IMG/VR virus record: IMGVR_UViG_3300042446_001168
Direction: 5' to 3' (one strand)
Source: a virus
DNA length: 64,000 nucleotides
The notes beneath the pieces were generated by a model. The model ran no database searches and was not told where the DNA came from. It saw only the letters and a program-made list of their open reading frames with translations. The stretch's first letter is position 1; every line of letters begins with the position of its first letter. A program made the position numbers and the translations under genes. Shown here one piece after another: positions 30,201 through 39,327 of this stretch.

Positions 30201-33200
30201 ATATACCATACTGGCACAGTCAATGCGTCATCGTTCACCACATCTGGGTTAGTTGCTAATTCAACAGGTATAATTCCAACTTCAAACTCAGTTGGATCGT
30301 CACTAGGATCTTCAACTCAGCGTTGGAATCTTGATGCCAATGGTGCTACGTTCTCCGCTAACATTGCAATGGGCAACAATTATATTACTGGGCTCAGCGC
30401 GCCAATTAATAATCAGGATGCAGCTACTAAGGCGTATGTTGATGCTTTCCAGCAAGGTTTGCATGTTCACGAGGCATGCCATGTGGCAACAACAGATACT
30501 CTGGCAGTGATAACTGGTGGTAGTGTCACATACAATAATGGTACGTCTGGAGTAGGAGCTACTCTGACTCTTGGTACAGCTCTGACCTCACTAGATAGTC
30601 ACTCTCTTGTGAATGGTGATAGAGTGCTGGTCAAGAATCAATCCAACACTGCTCACAACGGAATATACACATGGGCCACCGGAGGAACTGTTCTCACCAG
30701 AGCCACTGATTTTGATACTGCTATTGAGATTGCAGGTGGTGATTTTACATTTGTCACAAACGGAACATTATACAATAGCACCGGATGGGTGCAGACTGAT
30801 GAAGTAACTACTATAGGAACAGATCCAGTTGCATTTGTACAGTTCTCTGGTCAAGGCCTCTATACGGCTGGTAGCTATCTGTACCTGAATGGATCTCAAT
30901 TCAATGTTAACGCAGCAAGTACGTCAACTGCATCTGTTGTGGTTGCTAGGGATACAGATAGTAACTTTAGTGCCAATACGATAACCGCTAACCTTGTGGG
31001 TGGTGCAGCTAATCTAACAACCAGTGTGAATAGTGCTTTGTTAACTGTTGGTACGTCGTTCATAGCCAATACTACTGGGGTGTATCATACAGGAACAATC
31101 AACGCTGCCTCGTATACCATCAGTACTAATTACAGAGCAAATACTACTGGGCTGTATCATACTGGCACAGTGAATGCAGCATCATTCACCACCACTGCCC
31201 TGAATGCTAATACTACTGCGTTGACAGTTACAGGATATGCTAATGTATCCACTAGTGTCAATAGTGCCTTACTAACTGTGGGAACAACATTCATTGCGAA
31301 TAGCACAGCTATTGTTGGTACTGGTTACGCCAATGTTACTGGTAGCGTTAATGCATCTAGCCACACTGTTGGGACAGCTTTCATTGCGAATAGCACAGCT
31401 ATTGTTGGTACTGGTTACGCCAATGTTACTGGTAGCGTTAATGCATCTAGCCACACTGTTGGGACAGCTTTCATTGCGAATAGCACAGCTATTGTTGGTA
31501 CTGGATATGCTAATGTAACAACCAGTGTTAACTCTGCTCTTTTAACTGTAGGAAGTGCATTTATTGCTAACAGTACTGCAATAGTAGGTACTGGATATGC
31601 TAATGTAACAACCAGTGTTAACTCTGCTCTTTTAACTGTAGGAACAGCGTTCATAGCCAACACCACTGGTGCATATCATACAGGCGTTGTCAATGCGGCT
31701 AGTTATACGGTAGGTGCTGCATTCATTGCTAACAGTACTGCAATAGTAGGTACTGGATATGCTAATGTTACTGGTAGTGTTAATGCATCTAGCCTTACAG
31801 TGGGAACTGCATTCATTGCTAACAGTAATCAATTAACACTGACAGGAATCCCATTATCTGGAAACGGTACTACGGGAACATCTGGTCAGGTATTAACATC
31901 TAACGGTACAACTGGATCACCATACTGGTCAACTGCAGCAGGTACACCTGCTGCTAGCTACGTTCAGAATACAGATTCAAGAACATTATCGGGCAACCTG
32001 GTAATATCTGGTACATACTTTAACCCATCAGCCAATACAGTTCTGCTTGGTAACTCTATATCTCGCTGGGTAGTATCGGCCAACACTGGAGACTTTACAG
32101 GTACAGTCACTGGCACAGTAGCAAATATGTCTACCAGTGTCAACTCAGCGCTACTGACAGTTGGGACAGCGTTCGTAGCCAATACTACCGGAGCCTATCA
32201 TACGGGTATTGTTAATGCGGCTAGTTATAGAGTTGGATCAAGCTTCATTGCAAATACAACACTGGTGATGACCCCACAGCAGGTAGTTATAACTGGTGGT
32301 GCTATCGAAGGCGGCCAAATCGTTATTGGATATGGTAATAACCTTGCAACATCATTGACAGGTCAAGCAAACAACACATTTAACCTTGATATTGTTGGTG
32401 GTAATACAGCTTCTACACCGATGTTCCGATCCTTCTTTCAACATAATGACGGAACAACTACAGCAGCCTTTAATGTTGCAAATACCGGTAGAATGCATGT
32501 TGGTAGTTTAACAGAACAAACAGATTCTACATTTAAAGTAAATGGAACAGCAAACGTAACAACGTCAGTTAACTCAGCTTTATTGACAGTAGGGACTGCT
32601 TTCATAGCTAACACAACAGCTCTTGTAATGACTACTCCAGTCACTGCTAATGGTACCACAGGCACGTCTGGATTTGTCCTCAAGTCAAATGGTTCAGTTG
32701 GATCACCATACTGGGCAGCAGCTGCTGGAGGCTCAGTTGGTGGTACTGACACCCAAGTTCAATTTAATGATGGTGGATCCACAACCAATGGTACTGCTGG
32801 ATTCACATTCACTAAGACTACAAACAACGTAACAATTGCCAATACATTAACTGTTGGTTCTTCATTTATTGCTAACAGTACTGCAATAGTAGGTACTGGA
32901 TATGCTAATGTTACTGGTAGCGTTAATGCGTCTAGCCATACAGTGGGGACTGCATTCATTGCTAATAGTACTGCTATCGTTAGTACCGGTTTTGCTAATA
33001 TAGCAACAAGTGTCAATAGTGCACTGCTGACAGTTGGAACAGCTTTCATTGCAAACACTACTGGTATGTATCACGGTGGAGTAATTAACGCGGCTTCTAT
33101 ATCAGTTGGGTCCGGATCGTTTGTTGCCAACACAACCCACATAGTTATGTCTGATCCACTGACAGCAAATGGTGCTACAGGAACAGCCAGGAACGTCCTT

Positions 33201-33530
33201 GCATCCAATGGGTCAGTAGGATCTCCGTACTGGGTAGACTTTAATACTGAGGTAGTATATGCATTATCTGGAACAGCATTGGATCCGTTGAATGGCACCA
33301 TCCAAACCAAAACAATAGCAGCAACAACAACATTTACAGATTCGCTGACAGCTGGACAATCAATGGTTCTGATGTTGAATGGCGGATCTTCCTACTCTGT
33401 TATATTCCCAACCATGACATGGGTCACTACTGCAGGAAATGTTGCTCCTACACTCACAGCTAACGTTGCACTTACATTCTGGAAAATCAGCACTACATTA
33501 TATGGTTCTTATGTTGGGAGTTATACATGA
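27246..33530 (+). CDS. Very long repetitive tail fibre protein (about 2094 aa)
   Basis: Start placed at ATG 27246 after GAGG. N-terminal FQVKRT...P....GELALN.PDGKLY; two FTGNG...F.L...IDGV.Q domains; DAATKAYVD / GDRVLVKNQ...NGIY domain; many 24-30 aa repeats. Confidence 0.8.
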   Translation: MANKFQVKRTTVSGRTPNTTNSSNSRYIDTGELALNVPDGKLYSSNGTGYFEIGANLQNLSVAANTVINKLVANGSLGQNTQVLASNGTSTYWADAVVGELVLTGTDLVTDVFTGNGTNTQFTLSTTPYDESAVAVIIDGVSQHKSAYSVSGNLIIFSSAPSLDAEVDVTCYTTTSNRLMGIDVTVDTFVGNGSNTNYSLSVTPDSESQILVVIDGVSQHKSAYSVSGYILTFSSAPSVDAEIDVTIFATGPVGAGSNTNVMFNDAGTFEGSNNFVFNKLNNTLSVDSLLLSDRANATSFTIGSSFVANSTGAFHTGTVNAASITTAGVVANATSIAPTSNTILLGNTIGRFVVYANTVTASGLITGVDGANISGTANLVDVNISGNLTVSGTTTYINTTTLNVGDNIVTLNADLGLISPSENAGLEVNRGTLSNVSFLWNETSDSWTSGNTDITGYANATISVNSAALTVGSAFIANASALVITTPVTANGGTGTSGQVLKSNGSTGSPYWDVPGATAGGSDTQIQFNDGGTSLNATAGFTFNKASNTVSISNTLSVSSGFSVNSSQLTVGTPLSANGVTGTSGHALISNGSTGSPYWAAVTTGTVTSVATGNGLTGGPITSTGTIDVVANNGIISNSSGVFANAGTGIVSNATGIHVNTSYVATLDANNAGYLGGTAAASYVQNTDSRTLSGNLVISGTQFTPSSNTTLLGNSTARWVLSANSGDFTGTVSGTVANMSTSVNSAALSVGTDFIANSSQLTVTTPLSANATVGTSGQVLKSNGSTGSPYWGSVTTGTVTSITTGNGLSGGPITSTGTVDVVAGTGIISNTTGVHVNTSYIATLDANNAGYLGGTVAASYVQNTDSRTLSGNLVISGTRFTPASNTILLGNSVSRWILSANTGDFSGTVSGTVADMTTSVNSALLTVGTSFVANTTGAYHTGTVNAASYTINTSYRANTTGIYHTGTVNAASYTINTIYRANTTGIYHTGTVNASSFTTSGLVANSTGIIPTSNSVGSSLGSSTQRWNLDANGATFSANIAMGNNYITGLSAPINNQDAATKAYVDAFQQGLHVHEACHVATTDTLAVITGGSVTYNNGTSGVGATLTLGTALTSLDSHSLVNGDRVLVKNQSNTAHNGIYTWATGGTVLTRATDFDTAIEIAGGDFTFVTNGTLYNSTGWVQTDEVTTIGTDPVAFVQFSGQGLYTAGSYLYLNGSQFNVNAASTSTASVVVARDTDSNFSANTITANLVGGAANLTTSVNSALLTVGTSFIANTTGVYHTGTINAASYTISTNYRANTTGLYHTGTVNAASFTTTALNANTTALTVTGYANVSTSVNSALLTVGTTFIANSTAIVGTGYANVTGSVNASSHTVGTAFIANSTAIVGTGYANVTGSVNASSHTVGTAFIANSTAIVGTGYANVTTSVNSALLTVGSAFIANSTAIVGTGYANVTTSVNSALLTVGTAFIANTTGAYHTGVVNAASYTVGAAFIANSTAIVGTGYANVTGSVNASSLTVGTAFIANSNQLTLTGIPLSGNGTTGTSGQVLTSNGTTGSPYWSTAAGTPAASYVQNTDSRTLSGNLVISGTYFNPSANTVLLGNSISRWVVSANTGDFTGTVTGTVANMSTSVNSALLTVGTAFVANTTGAYHTGIVNAASYRVGSSFIANTTLVMTPQQVVITGGAIEGGQIVIGYGNNLATSLTGQANNTFNLDIVGGNTASTPMFRSFFQHNDGTTTAAFNVANTGRMHVGSLTEQTDSTFKVNGTANVTTSVNSALLTVGTAFIANTTALVMTTPVTANGTTGTSGFVLKSNGSVGSPYWAAAAGGSVGGTDTQVQFNDGGSTTNGTAGFTFTKTTNNVTIANTLTVGSSFIANSTAIVGTGYANVTGSVNASSHTVGTAFIANSTAIVSTGFANIATSVNSALLTVGTAFIANTTGMYHGGVINAASISVGSGSFVANTTHIVMSDPLTANGATGTARNVLASNGSVGSPYWVDFNTEVVYALSGTALDPLNGTIQTKTIAATTTFTDSLTAGQSMVLMLNGGSSYSVIFPTMTWVTTAGNVAPTLTANVALTFWKISTTLYGSYVGSYT
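30066..30226 (+). repeat. 72-bp tandem repeat (about 2.2 copies, 24 aa unit)
   Basis: actggcacagtcaatgc recurs at 30066, 30138 and 30210 with near-identical intervening sequence. Confidence 0.9.
31290..31830 (+). repeat. 90-bp tandem repeat array (30 aa unit FIANSTAIVGTGYANVT...)
   Basis: tcattgcgaatagcacagct at 31291, 31381 and 31471 (identical units); a second unit type at 31501 and 31591; a further related unit to about 31830. Confidence 0.92.
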
Positions 33531-35134
33531 AATTGGCTAGAAGAATTATTGCAAAGAGTACTCCACTGGTTGGAGCGTGGAATATTGATTATGTTTATTA
33601 CAACCCCCCTTCCAGTCTGTGTTGGGATAGTAGGACAGCGGCGAATACAGGTACTACTGTTCAAAGCTTCACCTCTAGAGATTCATTTCCATCTGGGTTA
33701 TATGTCAAGTCTGACAATACTAAACTGTTTATGGTTGGCTCGACAAACGACAGAGTGTATGAATTTGCTATGTCAAACAACTATACCATTGCTTTCACAA
33801 ATTTTAAAAGTGTGTCCACAGAGGAAACACTTCCCACTGGTTTGACGTTTAGTCCTGATGGAATATTTATGTACGTAATTGGGTCAACAGGGGATGATGT
33901 TAATCAATATACATTATCAACCGCGTGGAGTGTTAGTACAGCTGTATTCACTAGAGTATCAACTGCATCGGTGACGAACCCGGAAGCTACTATGCAGGGG
34001 GTGTTCTTCAAACCAGACGGTACTGCGATGTATACCGTTGGTAGTACACTTAACACAGTGCGACAGTATAGCTTAGCTACTGCTTGGAATGTGAGCACAT
34101 TGGCGTTTGTTCGATCATTTTCTGTGGGAACAGTTGGTCCAGTTGACATATCTTTTGATCCCACCGGTACCAAAATGAGAGTATTCACGGATTTTGGTAC
34201 CGGTGGACAGTTCCTCTCATACACCCTATCAACCGCATGGAATATTAGCACTGCAACACTTGATTTTGCTAGACCATCAACACCGTCATTAGGAGACGCC
34301 TCAGTTCAAGCCGGATTCTTTGAGTCAACTGGTAGACACGTGTTTGTTACGGGTAGCACAGCGCAGGGTTTTTCCCCATATGTGCTGGGTGGTTTTGACA
34401 TATCAGCCAAGGAAACAGCACCAACAAGCATTGCGTTCAGCGACGATGGTACTAAGATGTATGTGTATGGTTCAATTAGTGATGCAGTACATCAATACAC
34501 TCTTAGCACAGCTTGGGATGTAAGTTCTGCTGTGTTTTTGCAATCCTTTGCAATTGCGGATGGTTCACCCAATGGGCTTGCTTTTAGCTCGGATGGTTTA
34601 AAATTATATTCTATTGGTACTAGTTCCGTGAGAGAGCATACTCTTTCTACTGCATGGAATATTAGCACTGCAACGTTTGTGCGAGTTCAGAGTTTTGCGT
34701 TTACTACAGGAGAGGCTCTGTCCACCGGTATATACTTTGACAGCACAGGTACCAGAGTATATACTACTGGATCGGGATCAGACAATGTATATCAATATAG
34801 CTTAGCCACTGCATGGAATATTTCCACTGTTTCTTATGTAAGAGCCAAAAGCGTAAGTGCACAAGATACTTCACCACAGGATGTTTTTTTTAAGCCTGAT
34901 GGTAAAACAATGTATGTTCTTGGACAAGTTGGCGGTGTTGGTGTATCCCCAGGACTACTCCAGTATACTCTTTCTACTGCATGGGATATTAGCACTGCAA
35001 CGTTTACCAGATTCAAGCCCACAGAGACCGAAGAAAATACCGCAACAGGATTTACTTTCAAACCAGATGGTACCAAGATGTATATTGTGGGTACCAAGAA
35101 TAGGGTATTCCAATATTCTTTAGGAGTTGAATGA
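33527..35134 (+). CDS. Beta-propeller repeat protein, putative receptor-binding tip
   Basis: About 10 repeats of F..DG.KMY..G...V.QY.L.TAW.ISTA; start overlaps the stop of the long fibre gene. Confidence 0.75.
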   Translation: MKLARRIIAKSTPLVGAWNIDYVYYNPPSSLCWDSRTAANTGTTVQSFTSRDSFPSGLYVKSDNTKLFMVGSTNDRVYEFAMSNNYTIAFTNFKSVSTEETLPTGLTFSPDGIFMYVIGSTGDDVNQYTLSTAWSVSTAVFTRVSTASVTNPEATMQGVFFKPDGTAMYTVGSTLNTVRQYSLATAWNVSTLAFVRSFSVGTVGPVDISFDPTGTKMRVFTDFGTGGQFLSYTLSTAWNISTATLDFARPSTPSLGDASVQAGFFESTGRHVFVTGSTAQGFSPYVLGGFDISAKETAPTSIAFSDDGTKMYVYGSISDAVHQYTLSTAWDVSSAVFLQSFAIADGSPNGLAFSSDGLKLYSIGTSSVREHTLSTAWNISTATFVRVQSFAFTTGEALSTGIYFDSTGTRVYTTGSGSDNVYQYSLATAWNISTVSYVRAKSVSAQDTSPQDVFFKPDGKTMYVLGQVGGVGVSPGLLQYTLSTAWDISTATFTRFKPTETEENTATGFTFKPDGTKMYIVGTKNRVFQYSLGVE

Positions 35135-35604
35135 TGTATGTGAAAATTGCCAATAATACCGTTGTAAAATATCCATACACACTCAGAGAGATGAGTGAGG
35201 ATAACACGAACGTGTGCTTTCCTGAACAGATACCAGATGAGGATCTTGCGTTATTTGGAGTGTATCGAGTGTATATTCCACCTATCCCTGCATACGATCA
35301 CATTACCCAGAGAGTTGAATGGGCAACAGTACCAACTTTAATTGATGGAATCTGGACGCTGGGTGGCACTGTGGTTGATAAGACAGATGTACAGCTGGAT
35401 TCAGATAATCGTAGTCAAGCAAAGCAAATTCGAAACGATCGTAAAGTCATACTGAGAGAATGTGATTGGACACAATCAAACGACACCCCACTTCCCGCAG
35501 CTCAAGTAGCTGCATGGGCAGCATACCGACAAGAGTTGCGAGATATTAGTACTCAGTCCGGATTTCCGTGGATTGTTGTGTGGCCAGTTGCCCCAACGGA
35601 GTAA
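35131..35604 (+). CDS. Tail fibre assembly chaperone
   Basis: R..R...L.ECDWTQ..D.P.....W.AYRQ.LRDI..Q.GFP....WP..P. Confidence 0.85.
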   Translation: MMYVKIANNTVVKYPYTLREMSEDNTNVCFPEQIPDEDLALFGVYRVYIPPIPAYDHITQRVEWATVPTLIDGIWTLGGTVVDKTDVQLDSDNRSQAKQIRNDRKVILRECDWTQSNDTPLPAAQVAAWAAYRQELRDISTQSGFPWIVVWPVAPTE

Positions 35605-35645
35605 CTAGTTGATAGTATTAAGTATTTGATACCTGGAGATGTATT

Positions 35646-36041
35646 TTGAGGAATGTTTTTGTTAATGGTACCTTTGACGTAATACATCCTGGGCATATTG
35701 AGCTACTAAACTTTGCTAAGGATCAAGGAGATCATCTCACAGTAGCTATTGATAGTACTGATAGAATAAGAAGATTGAAAGGTCCTTATCGCCCAATAAA
35801 CACAGAATATGAGCGGGTACTCATACTCCAGAATATTAGGGCAGTAGATCATGTGGTAGTATTCCACACAGATGAAGATCTGATCAAGTTAGTATCCAAA
35901 TGTGATGTAATGGTAAAGGGCTCTGACTACAGGGGCAAGCCTATAGTTGGTGAGAGTGAATGTAAGGAAATTCTTTTTTATGAGATATACAATGAATATT
36001 CAACAACAAAAAAAATTCAACATATTATTAGTAGGGGATAG
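35646..36041 (+). CDS. D-glycero-D-manno-heptose-1-phosphate adenylyltransferase-like (HldE/RfaE domain II)
   Basis: NGTFDVIHPGH (HxGH), KGPYRPIN...R, VKGSDY, YSTT; TTG start after GGAG. Confidence 0.85.
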   Translation: MRNVFVNGTFDVIHPGHIELLNFAKDQGDHLTVAIDSTDRIRRLKGPYRPINTEYERVLILQNIRAVDHVVVFHTDEDLIKLVSKCDVMVKGSDYRGKPIVGESECKEILFYEIYNEYSTTKKIQHIISRG

Positions 36042-36741
36042 CTGTACTGATGTGTATCAGTACGGTACTGTTGATAGAATCAGTCCAGAGGCACCGGTTC
36101 CCATCTTTAGTTTTTTGTATCAGGATGATAAACCTGGTATGGCATTGAATGTCCAGTCTAATCTAGAGCAACTTGGATGCAATGTCCATATCATGACTCA
36201 AACTCCTTCAAAAAAAACCAGGTTAATAGATAGAAAAACTAGTCAGCAGATGTTGAGGATTGATACTGATAGTATTAGTAAAACTCCGTTTATGTTTGAA
36301 GAACCTATAGTGGGGTATGATGCTGTAGTAGTATCTGACTATAAAAAAGGATGTGTCAGCTATAAAACTATTAACAGTATTCAAAGGTACTTTGATGGTC
36401 CCATATATGTTGATACCAAGAAAACCAACCTTAGTAATATTGATGGGTGTTTTGTTAAGATAAACAGTCAAGAGCGTAATCGAGTGGTGTCGTTGTGTAC
36501 TGAGCTGATTGTTACAATGGGCAAGGACGGAGCTCAGTATAATGGAGATACATATCCAGCAAATCACGTCGAGGTAAATGATGTGTGTGGAGCTGGAGAT
36601 ACTTTCATGGCTGCACTTGTTTACTTTCATTTGCACACAGGAAATATTAAAACAGCAATACATTATGCTAACAAAGCTGGATCTATAACGGTACAGCATC
36701 TAGGAACATATGCTCCTAGTATTGAAGAGATATTATTATGA
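35992..36741 (+). CDS. Heptose-7-phosphate kinase-like (HldE/RfaE domain I, PfkB family)
   Basis: LVGD...D.Y.YG.V.RISPEAPVP, SDYKKG, DVCGAGDTF. Start reassigned to ATG 35992. Confidence 0.88.
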   Translation: MNIQQQKKFNILLVGDSCTDVYQYGTVDRISPEAPVPIFSFLYQDDKPGMALNVQSNLEQLGCNVHIMTQTPSKKTRLIDRKTSQQMLRIDTDSISKTPFMFEEPIVGYDAVVVSDYKKGCVSYKTINSIQRYFDGPIYVDTKKTNLSNIDGCFVKINSQERNRVVSLCTELIVTMGKDGAQYNGDTYPANHVEVNDVCGAGDTFMAALVYFHLHTGNIKTAIHYANKAGSITVQHLGTYAPSIEEILL

Positions 36742-37499
36742 AAATATTAGTAACAGGATATAAAGGATTTATTGCTCAGAATCTAATTCCTCAGCTATCT
36801 GACCATGAAGTATCGGTATTTGAGTGGGGAGAGGATGAGCCAGTTATTGAAGGATTAGATTGGGTAATTCATTTGGGAGCCGAGTCTTCTACTACAGAAA
36901 CCAATGTAGAGAAGGTGATGACGAAGAACTATGACTTTAGTATGTGGTTACTGTCAAAATGTATTGATCACGGCGTAAACATGCAATACGCTAGCTCTGC
37001 ATCGGTGTACGGTAAAGGAATTGAATTTAGTGAGGAAAGTCCAAAGGATCCAAGGACACCATATGCTTGGTCAAAGTATCTTTTTGATAGAGAGGCTTTT
37101 CAATTAAATCATGCTGGGGATATTGTTTTACAGGGGATGAGATATTTTAATGTTTATGGTCCGCATGAAGATCGTAAAGGAAGTCAGGCTAGTGTATATC
37201 ATCAATTTCAGCAACAGTTTAGTGAAACTGGTAGGGTGAAGGTATTTGAAGGATCTGAGAATTTCTACAGGGATTTTATTTACGTTAATGATGCTATCTC
37301 TATGCAGATGGCTTTGATGGAGACAGGACAAAGTGGAGTCTGGAATATTGGGTCGGGTAAAATAGCCAGCATAATGGATGTTGCTAAATTGTTCACAAAT
37401 AATATTGATGTGATTCCATTTCCAAAGAATTTAGAGCATTCATATCAAGAGCACACGTGTGCTGATATTACAAAATTAAAACAAACGTTGGGTATATAA
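36738..37499 (+). CDS. hldD: ADP-L-glycero-D-manno-heptose 6-epimerase-like (extended SDR)
   Basis: VTGYKGFI, HLGAESSTTE, YASSASVYG, YAWSK, RYFNVYGPHE.RKGSQAS, RDFIYV, YQ..TCAD. Confidence 0.85.
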   Translation: MKILVTGYKGFIAQNLIPQLSDHEVSVFEWGEDEPVIEGLDWVIHLGAESSTTETNVEKVMTKNYDFSMWLLSKCIDHGVNMQYASSASVYGKGIEFSEESPKDPRTPYAWSKYLFDREAFQLNHAGDIVLQGMRYFNVYGPHEDRKGSQASVYHQFQQQFSETGRVKVFEGSENFYRDFIYVNDAISMQMALMETGQSGVWNIGSGKIASIMDVAKLFTNNIDVIPFPKNLEHSYQEHTCADITKLKQTLGI

Positions 37500-38422
37500 T
37501 GAACACTACATTTATGATTTCGGGTGGAGCAGGAAAAATTATATGTGCTATTCCTGCGCTCGAGAAGTTTGCAAGACTAAATCCGGAGAATGACTTCAGG
37601 GTTGTTATTCCAGCATGGGATAGTCTTTACTGGGGTAACCCAGTTCTTCAACCAAGAACATTTAACGTGGATCACAAGGGTCTTTTTGACCATGTTGTTA
37701 AAAACAACAAGTTAGTAGTCCCGGAGCCATATCACCTACACTCTTACTATAACCAGAAGAAGACTCTTATAGAGGCTTTTGATGAATTAATTAATACTAC
37801 CCACGATCACTCTGATTTAACTAAACCAAACTTATATGTAAGCACCAAAGAGGATCTTCAAGGGGCCAGTGTTATTAATAAGCTGCATGAGCAGCACGGT
37901 AAGAAGAAGGTAATTGTATTTCAGCCGTATGGTAGAGGAATGTCAGCAATTGATGGTATTCCTTTTGACCAATCTACTAGAAGCATTATACCTTCTATGG
38001 CACTGAATATGTCTACTGAACTTAGCAAGCATGCTATAGTGGTATATTTTGGAGACAAAGAATTCATGCATCCAACTGACAAGTCAATGGTTCATATTGA
38101 GGATGGTGGAACTGGTCTGCGGATGTATCTGAGTTTAATTAAGCACTGCGATTACTTTGTTGGTTGCGATTCAATTGGTCAACACATAGCTAGGTCTTTT
38201 AACAAACCTGGCACCGTTATAATGGGGGCTACCTCAGAGTATCAAGTATCATATCCTGATCATTTTGATATTGTCAGGAACGGAGTATCACCGGTACATA
38301 ATCCATATGGTATTACTGGATGGGAAGGTGGACTAATTGATATACTCAATCAGGATACTATGACATTTACGGACGAGCAGATTCATAATATAGTATGTTC
38401 TATAGTAGCAGAAATGCTGTGA
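37499..38422 (+). CDS. Glycosyltransferase, GT9/heptosyltransferase-like
   Basis: GGAGK.ICAIPAL N-terminus and DYFVGCDSIGQHIARSFNKPGTVIMGAT (GT9-like D.F.G.DS...H.A motif). Confidence 0.7.
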   Translation: MNTTFMISGGAGKIICAIPALEKFARLNPENDFRVVIPAWDSLYWGNPVLQPRTFNVDHKGLFDHVVKNNKLVVPEPYHLHSYYNQKKTLIEAFDELINTTHDHSDLTKPNLYVSTKEDLQGASVINKLHEQHGKKKVIVFQPYGRGMSAIDGIPFDQSTRSIIPSMALNMSTELSKHAIVVYFGDKEFMHPTDKSMVHIEDGGTGLRMYLSLIKHCDYFVGCDSIGQHIARSFNKPGTVIMGATSEYQVSYPDHFDIVRNGVSPVHNPYGITGWEGGLIDILNQDTMTFTDEQIHNIVCSIVAEML

Positions 38423-38450
38423 TATTAAAAGGTTCCCGGATACCTTATCA

Positions 38451-38458
38451 GATAAATA
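38451..38458 (+). promoter_or_regulatory. Late promoter (GATAAATA) of S74 paralog 1
   Basis: Intergenic, followed by AAGGAG and ATG 38480. Confidence 0.75.
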
Positions 38459-38479
38459 GAAGAAAATAAGGAGCATCTA

Positions 38480-39244
38480 ATGGCAATAACCTGTAGTGTA
38501 GATACAATAACCTTCAACGATGGTACTACACAGACCCAAGCGTTTTGTACGTCTTGTATGATTAGCTTTTGTACTAATCCTGTAAATATTAATTTTGGCA
38601 GTGCATCGGTTCCTGCTTTTACCGCTACCTCAGCCATAGCAGCGGGGGCATCAACAATATGCAGTCATAATCTTACATCTACAACATCCTTCTACAGGCA
38701 AGGTACAGGGGCTTCTGCCTGTATCAATTTTGACGTTTCTAGTAGTACCAAGAGAACTTACTTTGCTTCGTGTGTAGTCCAACGGCAGAATATTACACCG
38801 AGCACTACTAATACACTGAATTTAGGAAGTACAGGCCTTCGTTGGTCTACCTTGTGGATAGCCGGTGGATCAGTGACTAATGTGTCGGATGAAAACCACA
38901 AGACTGATATAATGCCCATATCTGATCAAGAAAGATCAGTTGCTCTGGAACTACAAAAGAATTTAAAGCGGTTCAAATTTAAGGATGCGGTTACTGAAAA
39001 GGGGTTTGAGGAAGCCAGATATCATCTTGGGTGTATTGCTCAAGAGGTTGCACAAATTTTCCGGGATAAGGGATTGGATCCTTTCAAGTACGGTATGATT
39101 GGTTATGATATTTGGTATGAGGGGATCAATCCTGATACTCAAGATTTTGAAAGGGTTGATACTCCTGCTGATGGTTATGTTAAGAAGGATCTGTATTCAA
39201 TTAGGTACAGTGAACTACTTTCCTTTATTGTAGCGGCAATGTGA
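38480..39244 (+). CDS. Short Ser/Thr/Cys-rich protein with peptidase S74 chaperone, paralog 1
   Basis: LGSTGLRW...SDENHK...KRFKFKDAV.EKG..ARYHLG.IAQ...YSIRY.ELL.F. Confidence 0.8.
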   Translation: MAITCSVDTITFNDGTTQTQAFCTSCMISFCTNPVNINFGSASVPAFTATSAIAAGASTICSHNLTSTTSFYRQGTGASACINFDVSSSTKRTYFASCVVQRQNITPSTTNTLNLGSTGLRWSTLWIAGGSVTNVSDENHKTDIMPISDQERSVALELQKNLKRFKFKDAVTEKGFEEARYHLGCIAQEVAQIFRDKGLDPFKYGMIGYDIWYEGINPDTQDFERVDTPADGYVKKDLYSIRYSELLSFIVAAM

Positions 39245-39297
39245 TATGATTGTTAGCTATCATCTTAAACTCTATACTGTACGGTATAATTGGATAG

Positions 39298-39305
39298 CAT
39301 AAATA
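39298..39305 (+). promoter_or_regulatory. Late promoter (CATAAATA) of S74 paralog 2
   Basis: Intergenic, followed by AAGGAG and ATG 39328. Confidence 0.75.
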
Positions 39306-39327
39306 GAAGAAAGGTAAGGAGTATCTT

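Noticed and set aside
31290-31830. Regular repeats as a possible CRISPR array
   Set aside because: Units are contiguous, in frame and coding, with no unique spacers and no cas genes.
690-34251. Many minus-strand ORFs (60-213 aa) opposite baseplate and fibre genes
   Set aside because: Antisense shadows of Thr/Ser/Ala/Gly/Val-rich coding sequence, with no SD, promoter or recognisable motifs.
38438-38477. Possible SD-sequestering hairpin (ccttat/ataagg) around the late promoter of S74 paralog 1
   Set aside because: Only about 6 contiguous AT-rich pairs and not evident in the other two leaders; too weak to call.
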